DNA of 64,000 bases from Oceanispirochaeta sp. (GTDB lineage: Bacteria > Spirochaetota > Spirochaetia > DSM-2461): contig CAXXOA010000002.1 of the NCBI GenBank assembly GCA_963666275.2, forward strand, positions 1-64,000, in the 5' to 3' direction. The notes beneath the pieces are model-generated. The model searched no databases. It saw only the letters and a list, made by a program, of their open reading frames with translations, and was not told where the DNA came from. The position numbers and the translations under genes are program-made. Positions 1 to 8,165 of the stretch are shown piece by piece; positions within the stretch are counted from its first letter, which is position 1; each line of letters opens with the position of its first letter.

Positions 1-972
1 CTGAAGGCGCAAGGATTTAAAGAGGGAACAATCCGGACAAGGAAGGCCCATCTTACCCCCTTCTTTACCTTTTTGGATGAAACTGCCGCAAAAGACATCC
101 GGGATGTAAAGAGGAGTGATATTGTCTCCTTCCTTTCCTGGCTGCAGGAGCATCCCGGAGAGAGGGGAAGAGGCTACAAGGATAGTACCCGGATGAGTAT
201 TTTCACCTCGGTGAAGAAGTTCTACCTCTGTCTGTATGAGAACAACCTGGTTCTGTCCTCTCCGGCGGAGACAGTCCGGTTCGGGAAACGGCAGGAGCGG
301 CTCAAGGAGATCTTGAGCGAGGAAGAGACTTGCCAGTTTCTGGATTCCATCGATATTCACCAGCCCCTGGGACTCCGGGACAGAGCCCTTTTCGAGCTGA
401 TCTACTCTTCCGGCCTCCGGTCCTCCGAAGCGGCCCGTCTGGATGTAAAAGACTACGATCCGGACAGCCGGTTATTGTGGATCCACCAGAGCAAGTTCTC
501 CAAGGACCGGCGGGTGCCCGTTACCAAGGCGGCCGCCTGGTTTCTGGACAAGTATCTGGAAGGCGTGAAGGCATCCCACCGGCCTCTTATCCTTTCCGGA
601 GGCTACCGGTTTACTCACGGAGGGATCAACAAACGGTTCAAACTGCTATTGGAGCGTGCCGGTCTCTATCGAGAGGGCTTAAGCCCTCATTCCCTACGGC
701 ATGGCTGCGCTTCCCAGCTGTTGGCCCACGGAGCGGAGATCCGGTATGTTCAGGAGCTTTTGGGGCATGAATCGGTGGAAACCACGGTTGTGTACTCCCG
801 ACAGAGCGAAGAGAATATCAAGGCTTCCTACCGGCAGTTCCATCCCAGGGAGAATTTCCATTTCGCCGAAGTAACAGATTCTTACCTTGATTCACTGGAA
901 AACCTGGTTCGGGACAGCTTGAGGCAGAGAGAGAAGAATAGAAAAGCGCTTGCCCGTAAGATAGGTAAATGA
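1..972 (+). CDS. Tyrosine recombinase (XerD-like), 5' end lies before the window; identical to 9164-10135
   Basis: Catalytic motifs YSSGLRSSE, K, HSLRH, LGH, VVYS; translated ORF identical to that of the downstream copy. Confidence 0.93.
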   Translation: MKAQGFKEGTIRTRKAHLTPFFTFLDETAAKDIRDVKRSDIVSFLSWLQEHPGERGRGYKDSTRMSIFTSVKKFYLCLYENNLVLSSPAETVRFGKRQERLKEILSEEETCQFLDSIDIHQPLGLRDRALFELIYSSGLRSSEAARLDVKDYDPDSRLLWIHQSKFSKDRRVPVTKAAAWFLDKYLEGVKASHRPLILSGGYRFTHGGINKRFKLLLERAGLYREGLSPHSLRHGCASQLLAHGAEIRYVQELLGHESVETTVVYSRQSEENIKASYRQFHPRENFHFAEVTDSYLDSLENLVRDSLRQREKNRKALARKIGK

Positions 973-1606
973 TAGTTTATTAACAGATTATGGTTGCTAC
1001 CCGGGGAATTCCAGTTTCAATGCCTCCTTGCAGATCTCCTTTTTACAACGATTTAGGGGAAGAGGGTGATTATTACTTTAATGCCAGGTGGTATGATGCT
1101 TCTACCGGTAGATTCATCTCAGAAGACCCCGCCCGGGACGGGCAAAATTGGTATGTTTACGTTTCAAACAATCCGCTAAAATACATTGACCCAACCGGTA
1201 TGATGAGTGATTCAGCCGCTTTTGCAGCAGCACAAACAAGACTGGATATTGAAAACTCTGATAGTCAATATGGTCATACTTATATTCGTGATGAATATGA
1301 TTACAAAGATTTCTCTAAAATGCTTGAACATATAGAAAAGAGCAGTGAATTAAAAATCGAGAACAATGAAAAAAGAATAGATGAATTAAAAGGTCAAATA
1401 CAATCAACTGAAATAGAAAAAAGATCTAAAGCTGCTGAGAATTTTGGAGATATTGCTAAGCTGGGAATTACATTTGATAATGGATCTTTTCAAGATATTG
1501 CTGAATTCGTTGCTGATTCTCAGTTGGAACCTCTAGATTATAATTTAGATTTGTCAGAGGAGAATAAAAAGATTTTTGGAAGAATTAAAGAAATTTTCAA
1601 TTTGAA
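1..1606 (+). repeat. Direct repeat copy 1 (matches 9164-10769, offset 9163)
   Basis: Same start sequence CTGAAGGCGCAAGG at 1 and 9164; identical translated ORFs; match ends at ...TTTCAATTTGAA. Confidence 0.95.
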
Positions 1607-1763
1607 AAAAGAAAACAATATGTATGAAAATGGAGCAGAAGGCGCTCGTGACTTATTAGATGATATCCATGAAAATCAAAATACAGAAAAAAATAATTCT
1701 GAAAAAGATGATTCTAATAATGAATCAGGAGAGGATAAGAGTGAGGATGATGTGAATGAATAA
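990..1763 (+). CDS. Orphan Rhs repeat-associated core plus variable C-terminal (toxin) tip
   Basis: YYFNARWYDASTGRFISEDP...NWYVYVSNNPLKYIDPTG core, then a 187-aa AT-rich tip; no upstream YD repeats; start codon uncertain. Confidence 0.88.
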   Translation: MVATRGIPVSMPPCRSPFYNDLGEEGDYYFNARWYDASTGRFISEDPARDGQNWYVYVSNNPLKYIDPTGMMSDSAAFAAAQTRLDIENSDSQYGHTYIRDEYDYKDFSKMLEHIEKSSELKIENNEKRIDELKGQIQSTEIEKRSKAAENFGDIAKLGITFDNGSFQDIAEFVADSQLEPLDYNLDLSEENKKIFGRIKEIFNLKKENNMYENGAEGARDLLDDIHENQNTEKNNSEKDDSNNESGEDKSEDDVNE

Positions 1764-2280
1764 TTTAAAAAACAGCAATTCGCAGATTAATAAAAATGAA
1801 ATTGGGAATAAATTTAAATTTGTATTAATTACATATTTTATTATTCAATTTACGCTGCTTATCTTCGAAGTAATTGGTATTTATCAGATTAATGAAGCTA
1901 TTCTTTCTATTACTGTTCTTTTCCTGATAGGAAAACTACTTGTAATAACGGGAGTAATAGTGCTTCTTTCTTTTCTTTTTTTTAATAGAAATGAAGCCTT
2001 TAAATTTGTGTGTAGCGTAATTCTAATTGCTAGAATTATATATGAAGTAATTGCATTTCTGATAAGTAACTTTTTATTGGGTTCAGGAAGTCTTTATTTA
2101 CTATTGTTTTGGTATTTGACCATTTTTATAACATTACTAGTATTAAGGAATCGTATTCATTTCAAAAAAATTACAGTCCATATTATTAAATCTATTTTAT
2201 TTGTTCTTAGTTTTATTGTTCTTTCAAATCTAGGTTTTCTATTAATAAGAAGTATTCTACAATTTGTTAAAAGCTCATAA
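1756..2280 (+). CDS. Putative immunity protein, multi-pass membrane
   Basis: Overlaps the Rhs-tip stop codon, AT-rich, about 4-5 hydrophobic segments. Confidence 0.6.
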   Translation: MNNLKNSNSQINKNEIGNKFKFVLITYFIIQFTLLIFEVIGIYQINEAILSITVLFLIGKLLVITGVIVLLSFLFFNRNEAFKFVCSVILIARIIYEVIAFLISNFLLGSGSLYLLLFWYLTIFITLLVLRNRIHFKKITVHIIKSILFVLSFIVLSNLGFLLIRSILQFVKSS

Positions 2281-2333
2281 CACCATTGTTCTGCTGTGAC
2301 CGAAGGGAAACGGCAGCAACATACTTGTTATGA
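2275..2333. repeat. 59-bp attC-like imperfect palindrome, copy 1
   Basis: TCATAAC-N5-TGTTCTGCTGT...ACGGCAGCAACA-N5-GTTATGA; left end overlaps the stop codon of the upstream gene. Confidence 0.65.
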
Positions 2334-2409
2334 CAGGATTTATTTTTCGCCGGAATGACTTTTCTCACGTGAAGAAGTTTTTCCGGCAGTAATCGCAGGC
2401 CGAACCTCC

Positions 2410-2472
2410 GCCGTCGTGGCTCCGGTTCTGATCAGAAAATCCGTTATCTGCAGCTGCCGTCCCTGGCAGCTG
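2410..2472. repeat. REP-like hairpin doublet
   Basis: GCCGTCGTGGC at 2410 and CAGCTGCC-GTCCCT-GGCAGCTG at 2451-2472. Confidence 0.4.
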
Positions 2473-2529
2473 TCCGCATTCGCCATATAACGAATTCTCT
2501 GTTCACCTGCTTTTAGTGGTAGAGTTATA

Positions 2530-2613
2530 GCAAGTGAACAGAACGAGATCTTATCGGAAGCGTGCTTAGGATAAGATTTGTTCTGTTTAACGACCGCAGG
2601 GAGTGGGCTTGCG
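2530..2613 (-). repeat. Long hairpin repeat, copy A (inverted relative to copies B and C)
   Basis: AACAGAA..ATCTTATC...GATAAGAT..TTCTGTT stem; its reverse complement aligns to 11693-11782 and 16339-16419. Confidence 0.8.
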
Positions 2614-2777
2614 TTTACTGCCTATGGAGCTTTTTCTTCGGAATCAGCTCTGGCCGGGACCGGTGTTTCATTGTTTCATTCCCGTTATTACTCGATAAAT
2701 TCCGAAAAATTCCGTTTTGAAAATCTTTCCTCTACCGATTGAAGCGTAAAAGCTTTTGTGTTGGCGCCTCTCTGTCT

Positions 2778-2806
2778 TTGCAAAATTGTAGTTACAATAG
2801 TATAAT
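2778..2806 (+). promoter_or_regulatory. Sigma70 promoter with palindromic operator for brnTA
   Basis: TTGCAA-N17-TATAAT; spacer contains ATTGTA-GT-TACAAT; ATG lies 6 nt after the -10 box. Confidence 0.75.
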
Positions 2807-2812
2807 TATATT

Positions 2813-3100
2813 ATGACCTTTGAATGGGATGAAGAAAAAGACATAATCAACCGAAAGAAACACGGATTGTCATTCAAAGACGCCAAGTATGTTTTTGCCG
2901 ACCCGTTTGCCCTGGTTCGTGAGGATTACACGGATTCAGAGCCCCGTCAGCAAATTATGGGGCATATCGGCGGCATTCTGCTGGTGCTTGTGGTTTACAC
3001 TATGAGAAATCAGCAGGATGAAGACGTTTTCAGAATAATATCTGCCAGAAAAGCGACAACGGCAGAGAGGAGGAAGTATGAAGCAGGAAAATGGTTTTAG
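2813..3100 (+). CDS. brnT: BrnT family toxin
   Basis: FEWDEEK..N..KHGLSF and RIISARKAT motifs. Confidence 0.9.
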   Translation: MTFEWDEEKDIINRKKHGLSFKDAKYVFADPFALVREDYTDSEPRQQIMGHIGGILLVLVVYTMRNQQDEDVFRIISARKATTAERRKYEAGKWF

Positions 3101-3374
3101 CCCTATGGATGAAGACACAAAGGCAAGACTCGCCAAGCTTGCCGAATTACCCGACTCTGAAATTGATACATCAGACATAAAAGAGTGGTCTGATGAGGAT
3201 TTTTCCAGGGCCGTCCCTTTTCACGATATTTACAAGCCCAGGAAAGAGCAGATAACCACCCGAATCGACGCGGACATTCTTCTCTGGCTGAAAAGTCATG
3301 GCAAAGGGTATCAGACTTTGCTGAATGATTTACTTCGAAAAGAGATGAATATGGAATGCAGTAAGCAGGGTTAG
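3078..3374 (+). CDS. brnA: BrnA family antitoxin
   Basis: DSEIDTSDI, KEQITTRIDADIL.WLK..GKGYQT; overlaps brnT; true start may be 3105. Confidence 0.88.
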   Translation: MKQENGFSPMDEDTKARLAKLAELPDSEIDTSDIKEWSDEDFSRAVPFHDIYKPRKEQITTRIDADILLWLKSHGKGYQTLLNDLLRKEMNMECSKQG

Positions 3375-3412
3375 GTTTCTTATTTTGTAATAGCCGGATA
3401 TCGAAAGAATAT

Positions 3413-3805
3413 CTATTTGGATTGATTTTCCTTTAGTTCATTCATGGCTCTCAAATCCTTGATATGTTCAAGGATTTTTTTTTGGTCTGCCGGTGGGAGT
3501 TCTTCCAGTTCTTTCAGGCGTTTTGTGATAGTGAGATTCTGTTTTCCAAGGTTTGATCCATCAAGGCCAAGAATTTTATCAGATGAAACATTCATAGCCA
3601 GTGCAAACCTTATGATCATCTCATCATTTAAATGGAGTCTTCCAATTTCATAATCAGTTACAAGAGTTCGTTTGATACCGATTTTGTCGGCCAACTCTTT
3701 TTGAGACAATCCTTGCTGTTTTCTAATATTTGCTATTCTCTTCCCAATGTTGTTATCGTCCTTATTTTGAATAGGCGGGAGTTCAACGGTCATTTTTCTT
3801 GGCAT
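3413..3805 (-). CDS. XRE-family HTH repressor
   Basis: IGKRIANIRKQQGLSQKELADKIGI...VTDYEIG HTH. Confidence 0.9.
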   Translation of the reverse strand: MPRKMTVELPPIQNKDDNNIGKRIANIRKQQGLSQKELADKIGIKRTLVTDYEIGRLHLNDEMIIRFALAMNVSSDKILGLDGSNLGKQNLTITKRLKELEELPPADQKKILEHIKDLRAMNELKENQSK

Positions 3806-3838
3806 GGTTATTATTTTAAACGATGTTTCTATTATTGC

Positions 3839-3867
3839 TTGACATAGGTGTTATGATAACACATAAT
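3839..3867 (+). promoter_or_regulatory. Sigma70 promoter with perfect 15-bp operator palindrome
   Basis: TTGACA-N17-CATAAT; GTGTTAT-G-ATAACAC at 3848-3862. Confidence 0.75.
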
Positions 3868-4071
3868 AGTTTTTGTAAAAAGTGTTACTATTTTCTTGAC
3901 ACACTTTTTGAAATATTGCCGTCGGCAATAAAAAAGCCCGTTTCCCGTACGTCGCCAAACATTCGGAAACAGGCTTAAAACCACATAGGAGTAGAACTCC
4001 ATGCACCAACAATTCTATCACAATTTACCTTCCCCGCAAATGCCGTTCTGCTCCTGGATTTGGAGTAAAGA

Positions 4072-4356
4072 ATGGAAATCCGCACCAGCGACCTGTACGA
4101 GGCCGCCTACTACCTGACTAAAGGGGTAACGCCCCACCTGGTTACCTGCCGCCTTCTGGCCGGGAACGTCACCAAAGATATCATCTGCGACTTCTACTTC
4201 GAAGGAGAAGTCATTCCTCATCTTCAAAGCGACTTTTTGAGAAGTGAAGCGGTTGTCAATCTGGTTCTCTTCCGCCGTTGTTACGGAGAGATCAACAACT
4301 ACGCCAACAACGCCAAGCGGGACTACCGGAAAAGCATGAAAGGGGGCCGCCAGTGA
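4072..4356 (+). CDS. Small hypothetical protein (DUF5659-like N-terminus)
   Basis: RBS GGAG upstream; TSDLYEAAYYL motif; stop overlaps the next start. Confidence 0.65.
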   Translation: MEIRTSDLYEAAYYLTKGVTPHLVTCRLLAGNVTKDIICDFYFEGEVIPHLQSDFLRSEAVVNLVLFRRCYGEINNYANNAKRDYRKSMKGGRQ

Positions 4357-4613
4357 AAGACAGCCTCATAACAGCCAACCTGGCCGAAGTCGCCTACCTC
4401 CTGGACCAGAAGCATAGCCTTGTCGATGTGAATCTTTGCATGGGAAACCTGGGAGCGGAAGAGCTGCTCTTTACCCTGGAAGGAGAGAACATTACCCGGG
4501 ACCGTAAACTTTTTCTGGGTACCTGCCGGACTCCTTTGAAGAAGATCCCCGAGACTCTGGAAGTGATCCGGAACCTCCTCTGGAAGAAGGAAGAGGAGGC
4601 CCAGTGTGACTAA
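4353..4613 (+). CDS. Small hypothetical protein, possible paralogue of the upstream ORF
   Basis: GTG overlaps the upstream TGA; TANLAEVAYLL resembles TSDLYEAAYYL. Confidence 0.6.
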   Translation: MKDSLITANLAEVAYLLDQKHSLVDVNLCMGNLGAEELLFTLEGENITRDRKLFLGTCRTPLKKIPETLEVIRNLLWKKEEEAQCD

Positions 4614-5361
4614 GATCGTATTTACCAACCAGAAAGGCGGGGTCGGCAAAACCACCATGACAAGAGAACTGGGCTGTTACCTGGCCCATGATAAAGGGCT
4701 GAAAACCCTTCTGGTAGACTGTGACAGCCAAGGCAACCTTTCCAGAAGTTTCTTCGACCAGCCGGGAAAAGGACTGTACGAGGCCATTACAGAAGATGAA
4801 ATTCACGTTCAAAGTGTCAGTGAGAATCTTGAGATCCTTTCCGGATCGATCTATCTCAGCCTGCTGGAAAAACAGCTTGTGGGAGAGTTCGACGGCTATG
4901 TACGGTTTAAGGAGCTTTTCGAACGGGAGGAGTTCGAATCCTACGATTTTATCCTGATGGATACTCCCCCTTCCCTGGGAATCCTCACGGGCAATGCCCT
5001 TGTAGCCGCCGATCACCTTGTGATGCCCATTACAGCCAGTCAGTACGCCCTGCAGGGAGCTTCGGACCTTCTGGAAACCATGGAGAAGATCAGGCGGAGC
5101 CTGAACCCGACTCTTTACGCCCTGGGAGTCGTCCTTAACAGCTACAACCCGGTTACCCTGATCGGCCGGGAGCTGAAAGCCGAACTGACCGGGTTCTTCG
5201 GAGGAACCTGTTTTGATACGGTGATCAGCCGTTCTATCCGGATCGAGGAAGCCATTGCCGAGAGGAAGGGCCTGGTCCAGCTGTCCGGGAACCAGTGGAA
5301 AAGGTCGGCGGAGGAAGTGAGGGCCCTGGGGAATGAACTTCTATCCCGGTGCGGTCTATGA
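4606..5361 (+). CDS. parA: ParA/Soj family ATPase
   Basis: NQKGGVGKTT deviant Walker A, DCDSQGNLS, ILMDTPPSLG. Confidence 0.92.
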   Translation: MTKIVFTNQKGGVGKTTMTRELGCYLAHDKGLKTLLVDCDSQGNLSRSFFDQPGKGLYEAITEDEIHVQSVSENLEILSGSIYLSLLEKQLVGEFDGYVRFKELFEREEFESYDFILMDTPPSLGILTGNALVAADHLVMPITASQYALQGASDLLETMEKIRRSLNPTLYALGVVLNSYNPVTLIGRELKAELTGFFGGTCFDTVISRSIRIEEAIAERKGLVQLSGNQWKRSAEEVRALGNELLSRCGL

Positions 5362-8030
5362 CTTCTTCAAAGCTGAAAGGCAGGAGTCCTTTGAAGGGGG
5401 CTTCCCTGCTGGACGAGTTTGAAAAAGACCGGATCAAGTCTCAAACCGATATTGTCAGCGTAATTACCTCCTACGGTATTGCCCTGGAGAAAAAAGGCAC
5501 TTCCTTTATGGGGCTGTGCCCCTTTCATGAGGACAAGAATCCTTCCCTTTCGGTGGATCAATCCAAGGGGCTTTTTCACTGTTTCGGCTGCGGGGCCGGA
5601 GGGGATGTCTTCGACTTCGTGATGAAGAAGCAGGGCGTGGAGTTTAAAGAAGCCCTGGCCATACTCAAGGGAGGAGACCTTTCTCCCAAACCGGCAGCCC
5701 CTGTAAAGTCGAAGGAGGCGCAGCCTTCAAAGACTGTCACGGACAAGAGAGATTCCCCTGCCATTAATGAAAGCCCTCTGGGGGACTTTGAAGATGCGGC
5801 AGACTACTATCACCGTCAGCTCTCCCATCCGGAAGCAGTTTCCTACCTGAAAAAACGGGGGATTTATGCTCCCGAGCTCCTTGGAAGATTAAAGGTCGGC
5901 TACTGCCCCGGAGACCTGAAAGACAAACTCTCAGAATCCCGGTTTCAGGAACTGAAAGAGACAGGCCTCTTTAATGAAAAGAACCTTGAAACCTTCCGGG
6001 ACTGCATCGTCTTTCCCCTTTACTCTTCTGACGGGAAGATCCAAAGATTCTATGGCAGGAAGATAAATGAAAGATCCAGGGTAAAACACCTTTATTTGAA
6101 AGGGCCGCATAGAGGCCTGTTCAATCACCAGGCATTCAAGGTTTACCCTGACCGGATGATCCTGGCTGAAAGCGTGATCGATGCCTTTTCGCTGATGATT
6201 TTGGGCCTGGAAAACGTCAGTTGCATCTACGGTACCAACGGAGTGACCAGCCACCTCATGGAAGCTTTGGAAGAGAACCGTACAAAGGAGGTTATCCTTG
6301 CCTTCGACAGTGACAATCCGGGTCAGGAAGCTGCAGAAGGTACAGCCAAAGAACTGCTGAAATCCGGCTACTCGGTGAGAACTATTTTCCCTCCGGAAAA
6401 AGACTGGAATGAGTCGCTGACCCATCTTAAAAAAGAAGAAATCCATAAACTCATAGATGCCGCCCCTCTGCAGACCCCAAAACCGAAAGAGAAGCCCTTT
6501 GCTTCACGATCTGAAGGTAAATACCTGTTTCATTGTTCTTCCCTGGATTATCGGATCATCGGTGTAAAGGAAGGATTCGTCAGCTCTTTGAAGGTGAATG
6601 TCCGCTGTCAGAAACCGGAGGATGATTCTGTAAAATTCATAGATAACGTGGATCTCTTCTCCGCCCGGAGCCGGACGCTTTTCTCTGTTGCTGTGGCCCG
6701 CCGGTTCGGTGAGGAATCCGCCAGGATAGAAAAGGATCTATTAGACATCCTGGACTACCTGGAGGAGCAGGCCAGCCTGCTTTCATCGCCCTCCGCGGAT
6801 GTCCGGGCACTGACTGCGGAAGAGGAAGAGGCAGGTCTGGCCCTTTTAAAAGATCCAAACTTGTTTGGCAGGATTGTGAAGGACACGGAAGCTCTGGGGT
6901 ATGTGGGAGAAGAGGAAAACAAGATCCTTATGTACCTGGCCGCTTCCTCCCGTCTGATGGCCGACCCTGTGAGCGTAATCGTCATTTCCCAGTCCGCCGC
7001 CGGGAAAAGCTTTCTGATCGATACGGTAAAAAAGCTGATGCCCGAAGAGGATGTGATTTCCATGACCAGCCTATCCGACCAGGCCCTGAACTACCTTCCC
7101 GATGAAGCATTATTGCACAAGTTCCTAGTCATGGGAGAGGCGGTCCACTCGGAGAGTGTAGACCACCAGATGAGGGAGATGTTATCCGGAAAGGAACTGT
7201 CCCGGCTTGTGACCACCAAGGACGAGAAGACCGGACGGATGACCAGCAAGCTGGTACGGAAAAAAGTCATTGTATCCGCCGTGATGTCTTCCACTTCGAC
7301 AGAGATCAACCCGGAGAACGCTTCCCGCTGCTTTGTGGTGAACACCGATGAGAGCCGGGAGCAAACCAGGGAGATCCACCGGAGGCAGAGGGAGAAGTAC
7401 ACCCTGGAAGCCTACCGGAAAAAGGAAGAAGAGATCCCGGAGATTATTAAAACTCATCAGGCTGCCCAAAGGCTCCTGAAGAACCGGGTGATTGTGAATC
7501 CTTTCGCCGGGGAGCTGGATTTTCCCTCTTCTATGATGAGATCGAGGCGGGACCATGAGAGGTTTGTAGACCTCATTTCCTGTGTGTGTTTCCTCCGGCA
7601 GTACCAGAAACAGGAGAAGAACGATCAGGGGAAGCATTACATAGAGTGCGACCTGGAGGATTACAAGGTAGCCTACCGGATCATGAAGACCCTTTTGTCT
7701 TCCACTTTAACGACCTTGCCTCGTTCAGCTGTCATTTTGTATGAGGAGCTTCGGGGACTTCTCAAAAGCAAGGCGGAGAAGGACGGGCTTTTTATTACCG
7801 ATATCTGGGTAACCCAACGGGAGGTCCGGGAGGTCTCCGGGTTCTCTCATGAGTTGATCAAGAAAAACATGAGACTCCTGACAGAGTACGAATACATCCG
7901 GTGCAAAGGATCGGGCCGGGGCATGACCAGGCGTTACGGACTGGCTGCAGATTCTGACCTTGTTCTCTTCGACGACTCGGTGATTCCCTCACCGGGGAAA
8001 CTGGGGACGAAGCGGGGACAAAATGACTGA
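5349..8030 (+). CDS. DnaG-like primase (CHC2 zinc finger, TOPRIM) fused to a P-loop ATPase
   Basis: CPFHEDKNPS...CFGC, ESVIDA and AFDSD TOPRIM motifs, SQSAAGKS P-loop; start may be 5358. Confidence 0.88.
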   Translation: MRSMTSSKLKGRSPLKGASLLDEFEKDRIKSQTDIVSVITSYGIALEKKGTSFMGLCPFHEDKNPSLSVDQSKGLFHCFGCGAGGDVFDFVMKKQGVEFKEALAILKGGDLSPKPAAPVKSKEAQPSKTVTDKRDSPAINESPLGDFEDAADYYHRQLSHPEAVSYLKKRGIYAPELLGRLKVGYCPGDLKDKLSESRFQELKETGLFNEKNLETFRDCIVFPLYSSDGKIQRFYGRKINERSRVKHLYLKGPHRGLFNHQAFKVYPDRMILAESVIDAFSLMILGLENVSCIYGTNGVTSHLMEALEENRTKEVILAFDSDNPGQEAAEGTAKELLKSGYSVRTIFPPEKDWNESLTHLKKEEIHKLIDAAPLQTPKPKEKPFASRSEGKYLFHCSSLDYRIIGVKEGFVSSLKVNVRCQKPEDDSVKFIDNVDLFSARSRTLFSVAVARRFGEESARIEKDLLDILDYLEEQASLLSSPSADVRALTAEEEEAGLALLKDPNLFGRIVKDTEALGYVGEEENKILMYLAASSRLMADPVSVIVISQSAAGKSFLIDTVKKLMPEEDVISMTSLSDQALNYLPDEALLHKFLVMGEAVHSESVDHQMREMLSGKELSRLVTTKDEKTGRMTSKLVRKKVIVSAVMSSTSTEINPENASRCFVVNTDESREQTREIHRRQREKYTLEAYRKKEEEIPEIIKTHQAAQRLLKNRVIVNPFAGELDFPSSMMRSRRDHERFVDLISCVCFLRQYQKQEKNDQGKHYIECDLEDYKVAYRIMKTLLSSTLTTLPRSAVILYEELRGLLKSKAEKDGLFITDIWVTQREVREVSGFSHELIKKNMRLLTEYEYIRCKGSGRGMTRRYGLAADSDLVLFDDSVIPSPGKLGTKRGQND

Positions 8031-8165
8031 GAAACGTAAATCCTTATCATTTCTAAGCTTAGACGAAAGTGGGGAAACCGGGTACACGACGACTATTCAG
8101 CCTAATGTTAAATCTGGTAACGGGTTAGGAGAAAGTGGGTACAAATTGCCGGAGAAAGACAGCGC

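Noticed and set aside
330..770. 146-aa alternative-frame ORF (also at 9493-9933)
   Set aside because: Lies within the recombinase gene and has no motif; it recurs only because of the duplication.
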